NCBI GenBank assembly: GCA_963845535.1
Contig: CAWJSK010000012.1
Span: forward strand, 352,001-416,000
Origin: an uncultured Spirochaetota bacterium
GTDB taxonomy: Bacteria > Spirochaetota > Spirochaetia > SZUA-6 > Fen-1364
DNA length: 64,000 nucleotides
Direction: 5' to 3'
Both the position numbers and the translations under genes were made by a program. The notes below the pieces were generated by a model, which saw only the letters and a list, made by a program, of their open reading frames with translations, did no database searches and was not told where the DNA came from. This document shows, piece by piece, positions 49,281 to 58,653 of this stretch; position 1 is the stretch's first letter; each line of letters starts with the position of its first letter.

Positions 49281-50630
49281 ATGCCCTATCAACCCGATCT
49301 ATTGCCGAGGTCCAAGAGCCCGAAGATCCCCATTTCGGACAATCATCCGCTGATCCAACTCACAGACGCTCTCGATTGGGACCAGATGCAGGACCTTGCC
49401 CAGCAGATCCGCCTCTCGAAACTGAAGAACGCTGCCGGCAAACCACCTCATCTGCGCGCTACCCTCGGGGCCATGGCGTTCATGGCCGTGCGCAAGCTCA
49501 CCTATCGGGACGCGGAAGACCAGATCCAGTACTACGCGCCTGCGCGCTATCTGTGCGGGCTCACCGAGACGGAGTGGACGCCCGATTTCACCACGATCCA
49601 GGATTTCACCCAGTTAATGGGCGAAGAGGGAGTGCGACTGATCAATCAATACGTAGTGAAGTTGGCCGTACAAATGAAGTTGGCCGACCCCCACATCCTG
49701 GTTGGCGACACCACGGCGCAGGAAGCGGCGATTCCTCACCCCAACGAAATGGGACTGATGGCGGGCTTCCTGCGCTCAGTGACAGCGGCGGCTCAGAAAG
49801 TCGGAGGGACACTGAAGGAGTTCGTGCATCGAACAGCTGCCCAGTTCGACGCGGCCAGACAGAAGGCGCGCGAGTATCGACTCTTTGCCAAGAGCAAGGA
49901 AGCCAAGGATCGAGTGATGGGACAAATGGTCAGCCTCGTGGAAAAGATAAACAAGGGTCTGGGGGCGGCACTAGAGGGGGCCGCCGCGAAGCCGAGGAAA
50001 CTGCACGGGCGGGCGATCGTTGGTGGAGGAAAGCTTCAGCAGTTGCACCAGACGATGAGCAGGCTGTTGCCCCAGATTCGTCACTGGATGCGCACGGGCT
50101 TCGTGGCCAGTGGCAAAATCATCAGTCTGCATATCCCGCGGCTGTACTCGATCGTCCGCGGCAAAGTCGGCAAGACAGTGGAGTTCGGCTTGAACTGGGG
50201 AATCACCCGGCTGGGCGGCGGATATCTGTTGGCAACACTGGCTTCCGACCGACAAGAGCTGCTGGACGCGAAGTTTGTGGTGCGCGCGGTCAAGGATCAT
50301 ATCGCGCTTTTTGGACAGGCGCCGCAGGCATTTGCCTACGACCGCGGTGGGTACAGCACTCAGAATGTTGCCAGCCTACGCCAATTGGGGGTCAAGGAGG
50401 TGGGACTGGCTCCCCGGGGACGGGCACGCTGGGCAGTGAACGAATCAACCCGACGGCGGTTGATGAAAGAAAGAGCGATGGTGGAGGCAGGGATCGGCAC
50501 CATCAAAAGTTCCCGCTATGGATTCAACCGCCCGGCGGCCCGTTCGGTGGAGATGATGGGCGCCTGCGGGCAGCGCGCGGTGTTGGGGTTCAACGTCAAC
50601 AAGCTGGTCCGAGAACTTGGGAGGCAGTAG
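49281..50630 (+). CDS. IS5-family DDE transposase
   Basis: PDFTTI, GDTT, GKVGKTVEFG, YDRG and R..VE.GIG.IK; AGGAGG RBS. Confidence 0.85.
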   Translation: MPYQPDLLPRSKSPKIPISDNHPLIQLTDALDWDQMQDLAQQIRLSKLKNAAGKPPHLRATLGAMAFMAVRKLTYRDAEDQIQYYAPARYLCGLTETEWTPDFTTIQDFTQLMGEEGVRLINQYVVKLAVQMKLADPHILVGDTTAQEAAIPHPNEMGLMAGFLRSVTAAAQKVGGTLKEFVHRTAAQFDAARQKAREYRLFAKSKEAKDRVMGQMVSLVEKINKGLGAALEGAAAKPRKLHGRAIVGGGKLQQLHQTMSRLLPQIRHWMRTGFVASGKIISLHIPRLYSIVRGKVGKTVEFGLNWGITRLGGGYLLATLASDRQELLDAKFVVRAVKDHIALFGQAPQAFAYDRGGYSTQNVASLRQLGVKEVGLAPRGRARWAVNESTRRRLMKERAMVEAGIGTIKSSRYGFNRPAARSVEMMGACGQRAVLGFNVNKLVRELGRQ

Positions 50631-50844
50631 GCGACCTTGCAGAAAGGCCGAGAACGGAGCGATCAAGCGATCGACTACCCATCAGCTCGGAAGGCAAGGC
50701 AACGAAGGAAGTAAGTGAGCTCCGGAATGCCAAAGCACAGATCGAGAGTGGGGAGGAACGGAATGACAAGCAACCGAGCGGGTCGCCGCCAACCTATCCT
50801 ACCCCACCCAAATCAGCCTCTGAATTACCCGACAAGCTCTAACT

Positions 50845-51276
50845 ATGAACAAAATGAAGCCACTTGACTTGAGAGTGAAGAAGCTTCTTCCGTTGACCCT
50901 GTTGGCCTTCTGCGCGGCATTTCTTCTCTCTGGCTGCGATTTGGCCGCGCTCTTGGCGAACGACACGATCACAGTCACCGCTTATGTCTTACAGTCGGAC
51001 CACACAGCAACGACCGATCCAGCCTCTTACGTCATAGTAACGCTCAACGGCGACTCCGCCGAAACGCAGACCGGGTACTATAGCGGCATAAACGGCCTAT
51101 ACGCCGTATACTTCATTCCTGAGTTCAAAAAACTAAAGGATGGAAGCTATACGATAACCGCCGATTACTGGGGCAAAGCTATCGTCGGCTTTCTAGGCTA
51201 CGCAGAGGTGTCAACAAGTATTGACCTGCCCTCCAATGGCTCCAGCGACGCGTTAGTCAGTCTCACTTTTCCTTGA
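50845..51276 (+). CDS. Hypothetical lipoprotein
   Basis: Basic N-terminus, hydrophobic core, lipobox LSGC. Confidence 0.7.
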   Translation: MNKMKPLDLRVKKLLPLTLLAFCAAFLLSGCDLAALLANDTITVTAYVLQSDHTATTDPASYVIVTLNGDSAETQTGYYSGINGLYAVYFIPEFKKLKDGSYTITADYWGKAIVGFLGYAEVSTSIDLPSNGSSDALVSLTFP

Positions 51277-51340
51277 TCTTGATGATGAACGTGAGCGGGG
51301 CGCCTTTTCGAGAGGTCATGGCGCCGCCACAACCGGGCTC

Positions 51341-51535
51341 GTGACCCAGCAGTCGGTGTGCCTTTGGCGCCGACGCTATCTTGAGCAAGAAATCCAGGGA
51401 CTGCACGACGAATTGCGGGCCGTGCGCCCTCGAAGCATATCCGACGAGATGGTCGCGACGCTGGTTCGGAAGACCCTCCAAACGAAACCGAAGAACGGAA
51501 CACACTGGACGATACGCACTATCGCGAAGGGAACA
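51341..51535 (+). pseudogene. IS630-family transposase N-terminal (HTH) remnant
   Basis: WRRRY...GLHDE..RPRSI...TKPKNGTHWT; no DDE domain follows; boundaries approximate. Confidence 0.72.
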
Positions 51536-51779
51536 CAACAAGACGGATCTCAAATCCCCAATTGCGACGCAAAGAAAGTCCAAACGGCTCCGATCAACTC
51601 TAGTTCGCCAAATGCCATGAGGAATGGCTTTGCAAAACCCAAGAGAACAAAGGCAAGCAACCGGCAGCACTCATGGTTGTCCTTGACCAGTTTCGGGGGA
51701 TTGCAAGAGGGCGGAACGCCCACCAGTCACGACAAGCGGTTCATTGACGCCGCGGCCATGAAATGCGCACCATGGCGAC

Positions 51780-52538
51780 ATGGAAGAGTCGCACCTGGAG
51801 CTGCGCGGTCTTTGCAAGAGCTATGGCAGGCGTGAGGCCGTGCGAGAGCTTTCGCTGTCCGTAAGGCCTGGAGAGGTCGTGGGCCTGCTCGGTCCCAACG
51901 GAGCGGGCAAGTCGACAACAATTGCCATGCTCACGGGTTTTCTCACGCCCACAGACGGGGACATCCTTTGGGACGGGCGTTCCATCTTTTCGCAGTTGCC
52001 GCAGTGGCGCAAACAGATCGGCGTCGTGCTGGAAGACCTCTCCCTGTTCGAATACCTCACCGTCCGGGAACACTTGCTCCTGGTGGGGCAGCTCGCAGGC
52101 TTCGGCCTTCGGGAAACAGAGAAGCGGACCGAAGAGCTTCTGACTTTCTTCCAGCTCGATGAGCACGCGGGAACCGTCGCGGCCGAGGCCTCGCACGGCA
52201 CCCGCAAGAAGCTCGCTTTTGCCCTTGCCCTCATTCACTCTCCGCGCGTGCTTCTGCTGGACGAGGCAACCAACGGGATCGACGCCGTCACGGTGAGCCG
52301 CATCAAAGCCCTGCTGAAGAAGCTTGCATCCAACGGGACCGCAATCATCCTGAGCTCGCACGTGCTGGATTCCATCGAATCGATCATTGGACGGTGCGTC
52401 ATCCTCACCAATGGAAGGATTTCCCTGGACACTCCCCTCGCTGAGATCCGAGGTTCCGGCAGATCGCTGGAAGAAGTGTATACAACGACGCTGTTGGGGT
52501 CCGATCGAGTGAAGCCGGAGCTTTCATGGGTCCCGTAA
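51780..52538 (+). CDS. ABC transporter ATP-binding protein
   Basis: GPNGAGKST, SHG signature variant, LLLDE and SSH. Confidence 0.93.
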   Translation: MEESHLELRGLCKSYGRREAVRELSLSVRPGEVVGLLGPNGAGKSTTIAMLTGFLTPTDGDILWDGRSIFSQLPQWRKQIGVVLEDLSLFEYLTVREHLLLVGQLAGFGLRETEKRTEELLTFFQLDEHAGTVAAEASHGTRKKLAFALALIHSPRVLLLDEATNGIDAVTVSRIKALLKKLASNGTAIILSSHVLDSIESIIGRCVILTNGRISLDTPLAEIRGSGRSLEEVYTTTLLGSDRVKPELSWVP

Positions 52539-54064
52539 GGGTCCTCCTCCGCGCAACGCGACTTTCGCGTCGACGCGGAACAAAGCTCCGCTCCCCGCGC
52601 ACTGCCGACATGCTGCTCTATTCGTGGCTGGCGGTTGTGGTGCTCGTGAGATTGACGCAGAACTGTCTCCTGGCCGCGCGGGAGCTCACTCATGGATTCC
52701 ACAACGTGGGGCTGGCGATCACTGAGTTCAGTATGCTCCATTTCCTCGTTGTGGCTTTTCTCTTCCCGTTTCTCGCCTCCGTACTCTCCTTGGGCAGCGC
52801 GGGCCTGAACAGAAGCCGGCTTGCGCTGACCTCGGTAAGGCTGGGAAGCCTTCTTCTCTCCGAGCTGGCGGCGCTTGCCGCGCGTCCTTTGAGCTGGGTC
52901 ATGTTTGTATTCCTCGTTCCCGCGGCCATTCCACTGCTGGCCATTTCCCACTCTGCAATGGCAGTGATTTCATTGTGCGTAACTTTTGTCGGCGCCCTGC
53001 TCCTTGCCGCTGCCGCAGGTCAAGCCCTTGGCATGAGTCGACACGCTCGGGCTTTTGCCGGCGCGTCCCGATTCGTTGTCGCCGCAGTGATGATCGGGCT
53101 CGTCCTGGCCAATTTCGATTTTCAATGGGGCGATAGCTCCATTCAGCTTCTGGTGCGCCGATGGCGGGTCCCGCTGCTGGACTCCCAGGCCGGCGGACTG
53201 CTGCCCGCCCTCCGCCCGTGGAGCCCATCAGCATGGATAGTTCAAGGCTGGCTGTTGCCCAGCCTCCTGTTTGTCGCGGCATCCATGCTTCTCTTCGCTT
53301 TCATGGTGCGCTGGGAGTACAGAACGCAAACGGGCGTATCGACGCCGTCGATACATGTCGCCCCCGCGCGCCGAGTCACCTCCTCGCCTCGTCGGACCCG
53401 GGGGATTCGTTCGCTTCTCTTTCGAAAAGAGCTACGGTCTTTTGGCGCTCGACTCGGGAGTCTCGGCGGAATCACGGCAGCGCTCGCGTTCTCGGCATGG
53501 ATTTGCCTCGAGAAGCAGCCTTTCGTTGGTATCGCGCTTCTGGGGTGCTTCGTGATCTACCTGAGCAATTTCGCATACCCCGCAAATCTGTTTGGAAGCG
53601 ACGGCGGCGCAATACGCCGCTATGCGTTGGCGGGCGTCGCGTGGCCAGACGTAGTCCTTTCCAAAGACCTCGCGTGGGTCAGCGTGATGGCAGTGTCGCT
53701 CGTGCTTGTCATCGCCGCAGACGTCGTGCGAGTCTCCATCGTTTCAGCTCTTTCGCTGGCGCTTGCATGCGCCCTCGTCATTGCGCTCACTCTCTCCTGG
53801 GGAATCATGAGCTCAATCCTCTTTCCCTCCGCGGGACCGCGCTCACGGCCGGCCTTCGCCAACCTGGTGGCGCCATTCCTCTTCTGCGCGGCAGTGTTGA
53901 TGGTGCACCGAAACGTGGCGGTGTTCGGGAGTGCCGGCTTCGACATCGCCACGGCGCTTCTATTCGCCGGCGGCCTTGCGCTTTTTGCGGCTCTGATTCG
54001 ACGGGTTGGGAATAACTTCGACAAAGATCTGGAAGACGTATTGGAAAGAATGCGCGCGAGCTGA
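52526..54064 (+). CDS. ABC-2-type permease / multi-TM membrane protein
   Basis: Many TM segments; overlaps the ATPase gene. Confidence 0.72.
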   Translation: MGPVRVLLRATRLSRRRGTKLRSPRTADMLLYSWLAVVVLVRLTQNCLLAARELTHGFHNVGLAITEFSMLHFLVVAFLFPFLASVLSLGSAGLNRSRLALTSVRLGSLLLSELAALAARPLSWVMFVFLVPAAIPLLAISHSAMAVISLCVTFVGALLLAAAAGQALGMSRHARAFAGASRFVVAAVMIGLVLANFDFQWGDSSIQLLVRRWRVPLLDSQAGGLLPALRPWSPSAWIVQGWLLPSLLFVAASMLLFAFMVRWEYRTQTGVSTPSIHVAPARRVTSSPRRTRGIRSLLFRKELRSFGARLGSLGGITAALAFSAWICLEKQPFVGIALLGCFVIYLSNFAYPANLFGSDGGAIRRYALAGVAWPDVVLSKDLAWVSVMAVSLVLVIAADVVRVSIVSALSLALACALVIALTLSWGIMSSILFPSAGPRSRPAFANLVAPFLFCAAVLMVHRNVAVFGSAGFDIATALLFAGGLALFAALIRRVGNNFDKDLEDVLERMRAS

Positions 54065-54123
54065 GGGGACGCCCCGGACCGCCCGCCACCGGCGGGCCGT
54101 TACCCGCAGGCCGGGCTCAACAC

Positions 54124-54861
54124 TTAGTCGCGAGGCACCAGGCTCTCCACCTGCGTCACGCCGCTTGTCCCGCGGCGGAACACGTGCACCTCCCCGCCCA
54201 TCGCAGAAGGCTGTTCATCCGGCCCGACCACCAGCGCCGTGCCAGATGCAATCCCATACCCGACCGCGCCCATGGGCGACAGTGCCAGAAGGGCCCGCAG
54301 CTCCTCCCACCCTTCGGCCTCGCCATGCGTGTCGCAAATCACTGCGGCAAAGCCGAGGCACGGGAAGGGCTCCGCGCTTTCCTCCACGTCAGGGTCGCGC
54401 CAGCGGATCCACGTGCGCGCCAGCATGATGCTGCCCGCCGAGACGCCGAAGAAAGGCTTCCCCGCTTCGTGCAGCGCGCGAAGGAACCGCGTCATGCGCG
54501 TTTCCCGCAGCACGCGCATCCCCTCCTCGACGTCCCCGCCGGAGACAAAAACGACGTCACAGTCGGTGAGCACGTTCCGAGCCTTCTCCGGGTCCGCGCG
54601 TTTTCCACACAAGGGGGCCAGAGCCACGCTGGAAGCGCCGGCTTTTTTCAGCATGCCGCCAATCATGAGTCGAAAGGCTGCGTTGTCTCCCGACGCTGCC
54701 CCCAGGTACGCCACCCGGGGCCGCGACACGCCGGCCGAAGCAAGCGCCGCGGCAACCAGGGGATCAGGCCCCCGGCGCTTTAAAGCGCTTCGACCGCCGG
54801 GAATGAGAAAGAGCGGAGGCCGTGTGACATCCGTGGACGTATGAGGTCTTGCATCAGTCAT
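54124..54861 (-). CDS. Peptidase S51 / cyanophycinase-like protein
   Basis: AASGD, FVSGGD, GVSAGS and DTH. Confidence 0.85.
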   Translation of the reverse strand: MTDARPHTSTDVTRPPLFLIPGGRSALKRRGPDPLVAAALASAGVSRPRVAYLGAASGDNAAFRLMIGGMLKKAGASSVALAPLCGKRADPEKARNVLTDCDVVFVSGGDVEEGMRVLRETRMTRFLRALHEAGKPFFGVSAGSIMLARTWIRWRDPDVEESAEPFPCLGFAAVICDTHGEAEGWEELRALLALSPMGAVGYGIASGTALVVGPDEQPSAMGGEVHVFRRGTSGVTQVESLVPRD

Positions 54862-56198
54862 TTCGGCGCCTCCAACCCAAAAGAGCGGTGGGCCAGCAGA
54901 AACTTGCCGGACTTTTCAGGGTGCAGCTCTTTCACAACGCTCACCGAGACTCTGCATTCCGCGCCCAGGATGCGGTGAAGCGCGTCGCCGGCCTCCTTCA
55001 CCGTTGCCGAGCCGGCACCAGGCTCCCGGACGATAGCAAGGCGCGCCTCCCCGGGCGCGTCCTGGTCCAGCCTGTACTGCTCCAGGCCGTCAACGCGGGA
55101 AAGCGCCAGGTCCATCTCACGGTGGGTCACCAGGCTGCCCTCCGCCACAAAGAGGCTCTTCAACCTGCCTTCAATAGAAGAAAGGGTGATCCCGAAGTTT
55201 CTCCCGCACGGGCACGGGGTATCCGCAACGCGCCCAAGGTCCCCCACCTCGAAGCGCACCAGCGGGAACCATTCGTTGCCGAACGTCGTGGCAAGGATCT
55301 TGCCAACGCCGCCGGGGCGCGGCTCGCAATCCGAGCCAACGCTGTCCAGAAGCCCCGGGATGGGAGCCAGGTCCACCCTGCAGGAGTCCGTGTTCTGATG
55401 GAGGTTCCCGTGCTCGCACTGCATGAACACGTAACCCGCCTCCGTGGAGCCGTAGGAGCTCGCCAGAGGTGAGCTGTACACCGTGCGGATGTCGCGCAAA
55501 TGAAGCGCGGAAATGAACTCATACGTGAAAACGATCAAGGGCGGCTGCCAGACAGCAGCCCCCGTGCGCGCCGCGTAGCGCGCAACCCGCGCAAGGAGTG
55601 ACGGGTTGGCTTCCAGCACCGCCGGCTTGAGCTCGGCCAACTCGGACAAGATGCGTTTTTCATGCCCTTCGGGCCACTGCGCGGTGCTGCCGTACTCGTT
55701 CAAAAAAAGGAACCGGCCAAGCCTCCGCGTCTGCCTGTCCAAAGGGGCGCTTTCGGAGCGCGGCCCCACGGAAAGCGCGCTTCCAAGGATGGCTTCAAAG
55801 TGCTGCCCCGTGGCCACACGTGAGGCAACGGAATTGAGTTGCCAGGACATGCGTTCCGAGGCGTCCCACCAGCGCTGGTTCCAGATGTTCTCCAAAGCCT
55901 CATCCGATGTCCCGCTCGTGCGGACAAAGCTCACTTCCCCGCGGGAGATGGCGGCATCCAGGTTCAGGCCCCGAGGGACCAGACCGTAGGGGAAAGCGGC
56001 GCGGATGCCGTCTTTGGTGAGGATGGGGAGGGACCTGTATCGTTCGTCAATGCTTCGAGCGGCGCCGGGGTCGAGGCTACGCCACGCCTCGTACATCGGC
56101 GTGCGCTGGAGGGCGGTCTCCAGGGTGAGGCGGCAATTGGCTTCGTAGAAAGAACGAGCGGTCCCACGGTGGAGACCGCCCTGTTCGGTCGATGGCAT
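54858..56198 (-). CDS. Phenylacetate-CoA-ligase-like adenylate-forming enzyme
   Basis: LPILTK, TSGTS, YGSTE, RFEVGD, CPCGR, IEGR and SGK. Confidence 0.85.
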   Translation of the reverse strand: MPSTEQGGLHRGTARSFYEANCRLTLETALQRTPMYEAWRSLDPGAARSIDERYRSLPILTKDGIRAAFPYGLVPRGLNLDAAISRGEVSFVRTSGTSDEALENIWNQRWWDASERMSWQLNSVASRVATGQHFEAILGSALSVGPRSESAPLDRQTRRLGRFLFLNEYGSTAQWPEGHEKRILSELAELKPAVLEANPSLLARVARYAARTGAAVWQPPLIVFTYEFISALHLRDIRTVYSSPLASSYGSTEAGYVFMQCEHGNLHQNTDSCRVDLAPIPGLLDSVGSDCEPRPGGVGKILATTFGNEWFPLVRFEVGDLGRVADTPCPCGRNFGITLSSIEGRLKSLFVAEGSLVTHREMDLALSRVDGLEQYRLDQDAPGEARLAIVREPGAGSATVKEAGDALHRILGAECRVSVSVVKELHPEKSGKFLLAHRSFGLEAPK

Positions 56199-56205
56199 GA
56201 GGCCT

Positions 56206-57021
56206 CTAGTAGGATCCCAATGTTGTCGTGACCCCGGTCTCTATCTGCACGAGCTCTCCGCCGGAGGTGGAATTGTTTTTCGGGTTGGTGCCAATGAACT
56301 TCACCATGTAGCCCGGGACTGTCTTGCTGATCCAGCTCTCTCCCTTGTAGCCGTTCTTGGGGTCCGTGTAGGAGTAGTGGTCAGCGGTGAAAGTTCCCGC
56401 CTTCACCTGGACGCTTTCCGTTCCAACAAGGTAGTTGGCGAGCTGTTGCCGCGTGGGTTGGGACGGCATCCCCTGCTGCTGAGAGACGGAATTGTCGGGA
56501 ATGAACTCTCCGATCTGCCCGGACCCGGGGTCCTTGTAGCGCACCTTCTGGACCGTCATGTCAGGGTTCACAAGGAACTCGTAGACGATCTCATTCTTTT
56601 CGCCGGTGATCTTGAGCCGCCACCACTGGGACTTGTCGTCATTGATCTTCAGGAAAGCCCGTTCGAACATCGTCGGCCCCTTGGAGTTGCGGGAGCTCGT
56701 GATCTGCCACACGGTTCCCTGTCCTGCCTTGTAGTTGGCGTCCTTATAACCGAACCAGCCGAAGTTCCACATCGCCCCATAGAACGCGTTGAACTGGTAC
56801 TGATAGGCAACGGCGGCCCCGGGGGAAGGCTGCTGGCTCTGTTGGGCCGGCTCTTGAGCGGGCTGGCTTTGCTGCGCGGGCTGTGCCTGCTGCTGGGAGC
56901 TCTGGCCCGCGGCGGCTGAAACGGCCGAACCCATCGAGAAGCACCCGGAAAGGCTCAGCGTAATCCCAATGCCGACTGCCGCAACGATCAGCAGACGGCG
57001 TGAGAAGGTCGTTTTTGTCAT
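56206..57021 (-). CDS. Hypothetical lipoprotein with a Gln-rich linker
   Basis: Lipobox LSGC; AGGAGG RBS before ATG 57021. Confidence 0.75.
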   Translation of the reverse strand: MTKTTFSRRLLIVAAVGIGITLSLSGCFSMGSAVSAAAGQSSQQQAQPAQQSQPAQEPAQQSQQPSPGAAVAYQYQFNAFYGAMWNFGWFGYKDANYKAGQGTVWQITSSRNSKGPTMFERAFLKINDDKSQWWRLKITGEKNEIVYEFLVNPDMTVQKVRYKDPGSGQIGEFIPDNSVSQQQGMPSQPTRQQLANYLVGTESVQVKAGTFTADHYSYTDPKNGYKGESWISKTVPGYMVKFIGTNPKNNSTSGGELVQIETGVTTTLGSY

Positions 57022-57090
57022 GCAGGGATCCTCCTTGTGGGACGCAGTATAACCACGCCTTGCTTCTGTTGGCAATGCGTCGGGCTTGCC

Positions 57091-57357
57091 TCAAGCAATC
57101 CGAAACGCCATCAGGAGGAGCCGGATGAAGATGAGAAACCAGCCGGCAACAAGGATGACAAGCGCAACCCTCCGCGCCGCTGATACCAGAATGACGAACA
57201 GGGTCAGAAGGGCCAGGTATCCTATGGGCTCCGCCAGCGTGTTGAGCGTTGTCACGGACGGCAGGATGTAGTGAACGACGTCTACGATAACCTGACCGAT
57301 GAACCGCGCAAACGTCGAAAGAAAACCGAAGATCTGCGTGAGAAGATCAGGCTTCAT
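57091..57357 (-). CDS. Small membrane protein
   Basis: 88 aa with 2-3 hydrophobic segments. Confidence 0.6.
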   Translation of the reverse strand: MKPDLLTQIFGFLSTFARFIGQVIVDVVHYILPSVTTLNTLAEPIGYLALLTLFVILVSAARRVALVILVAGWFLIFIRLLLMAFRIA

Positions 57358-57496
57358 GGGTGCGGCCCCTCCCAGCGCGAGTATAGACCCTGGTTCCCGC
57401 CGGCACAACTCTCCCCGTACCGCGTCTCCCCGTGCCGCGTCTCCCCGAAAGACATCTTCCCGGACGGCGACGCTTGGTGTATCCTCACGCCCTGCT

Positions 57497-58645
57497 ATGA
57501 AGGCGCGCATGCCGTCACTCACATCGTCGTCCGGCCGGGCGTCCCGATCTGAGGTTCTCTCTCAGCTTCGACAGGCGAAAAATGCTGAGAGAGTGGTCGG
57601 GGCTCTGGAAACATCGTCAGAGCCCACCGCGGTGCTCAACGAGGAGCGCCAGGTCGTTTTTGCCAACCAGGCGTTTCAAGAGCTCGTGGGGGCGGACGGG
57701 GTGGAGGAGATGTGCGGGGCGCGGCCCGGGGAGGCGCTGGGCTGCCTGAACGCCACGCAGGGGTGCGGCGACTCTCCTGCCTGCCGCTTCTGCGGCGTGG
57801 CCCAGGCCATCATTGAGACGCTGCGCACCGCAAAGCCGTTGCAACGGGAGTGTCACATCGCGGCGGCAGAGGGGGAGCGTACCGTCCCTCATGACTTCAT
57901 TGTTCGTACTACCCCATTCACGCTTGGAGAAAAGCCGTTCGTGCTCATGAGCCTTCACGACGTGAGCCAGCAGAAACGACGCAACGCTTTGGAGAGGATA
58001 TTCTTCCACGACATCCTGAACACAGCCTCCAGCATCAAAGTCCACCTCGAGCTGCTGAAGAAAGAGGTGCCCGTGAACGGCGCCGCCAGACTTGTCAGCC
58101 GGTTGGAGTCGATCTGTGAAACGCTTGTGGAGGAAATCCAGGGCCAGAAAATCCTCCTCTCCGCGGAGAACGGAACCCTTTCGGTGGGGAGGGACCTGAT
58201 CGAATCACAATCCGTGAGCACGCAGGTCATTGCTCAGCTCGAGGGTCAGCAGATCTCCCAGGGAAAAAAGATGGAGATTGCCCCTTTCTCGGAATCCTTC
58301 GTTTTCGTCTCCGACGACTCCCTGGTGAAGCGGGTGCTGGAAAACATGCTGAAAAATGCGCTGGAAGCAGCGCACGAGGGGACGGTCGTCACGGTCCGCT
58401 TCGGCAGGTCCGACGGGAACGCCCTTTTCGAGGTGCACAACCCCGGATGCATGGAAGAGGCGGTTCAGCGGCAGATCTTCCGCCGCTACTTCTCGACCAA
58501 GGGACAGGATAGAGGACTGGGAACCTGGAGCATGAAGCTCCTCGGGGAAGACTACCTCGGCGGCGCAGTCAGCTTCCGCTCCAGTATCGAGGAAGGCACA
58601 ACGTTCTCTTTGCGTATCCCCCTGAAACCGCGCTCGAGCGACTGA
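57497..58645 (+). CDS. PAS-domain sensor histidine kinase
   Basis: PAS (VFANQAF), FFHDILN, NMLKNALEA, FSTKG and GLGT; start uncertain. Confidence 0.9.
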   Translation: MKARMPSLTSSSGRASRSEVLSQLRQAKNAERVVGALETSSEPTAVLNEERQVVFANQAFQELVGADGVEEMCGARPGEALGCLNATQGCGDSPACRFCGVAQAIIETLRTAKPLQRECHIAAAEGERTVPHDFIVRTTPFTLGEKPFVLMSLHDVSQQKRRNALERIFFHDILNTASSIKVHLELLKKEVPVNGAARLVSRLESICETLVEEIQGQKILLSAENGTLSVGRDLIESQSVSTQVIAQLEGQQISQGKKMEIAPFSESFVFVSDDSLVKRVLENMLKNALEAAHEGTVVTVRFGRSDGNALFEVHNPGCMEEAVQRQIFRRYFSTKGQDRGLGTWSMKLLGEDYLGGAVSFRSSIEEGTTFSLRIPLKPRSSD

Positions 58646-58653
58646 CGCGCGGA

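Larger units (their letters stand above)
48672..50839. mobile_element. Intact IS5-like insertion sequence (2168 bp) with an accessory gene
   Basis: TIRs GAGCTTGTCGGGTTATTC (48672-48689) and GAATTACCCGACAAGCTC (50822-50839), 17/18 match; TA on both flanks (48670-71, 50840-41). Confidence 0.88.

Noticed and set aside
45602..51535. The two IS630 fragments as ends of a composite transposon
   Set aside because: They are non-overlapping parts in inverted order, and no shared TIRs or target duplication were found
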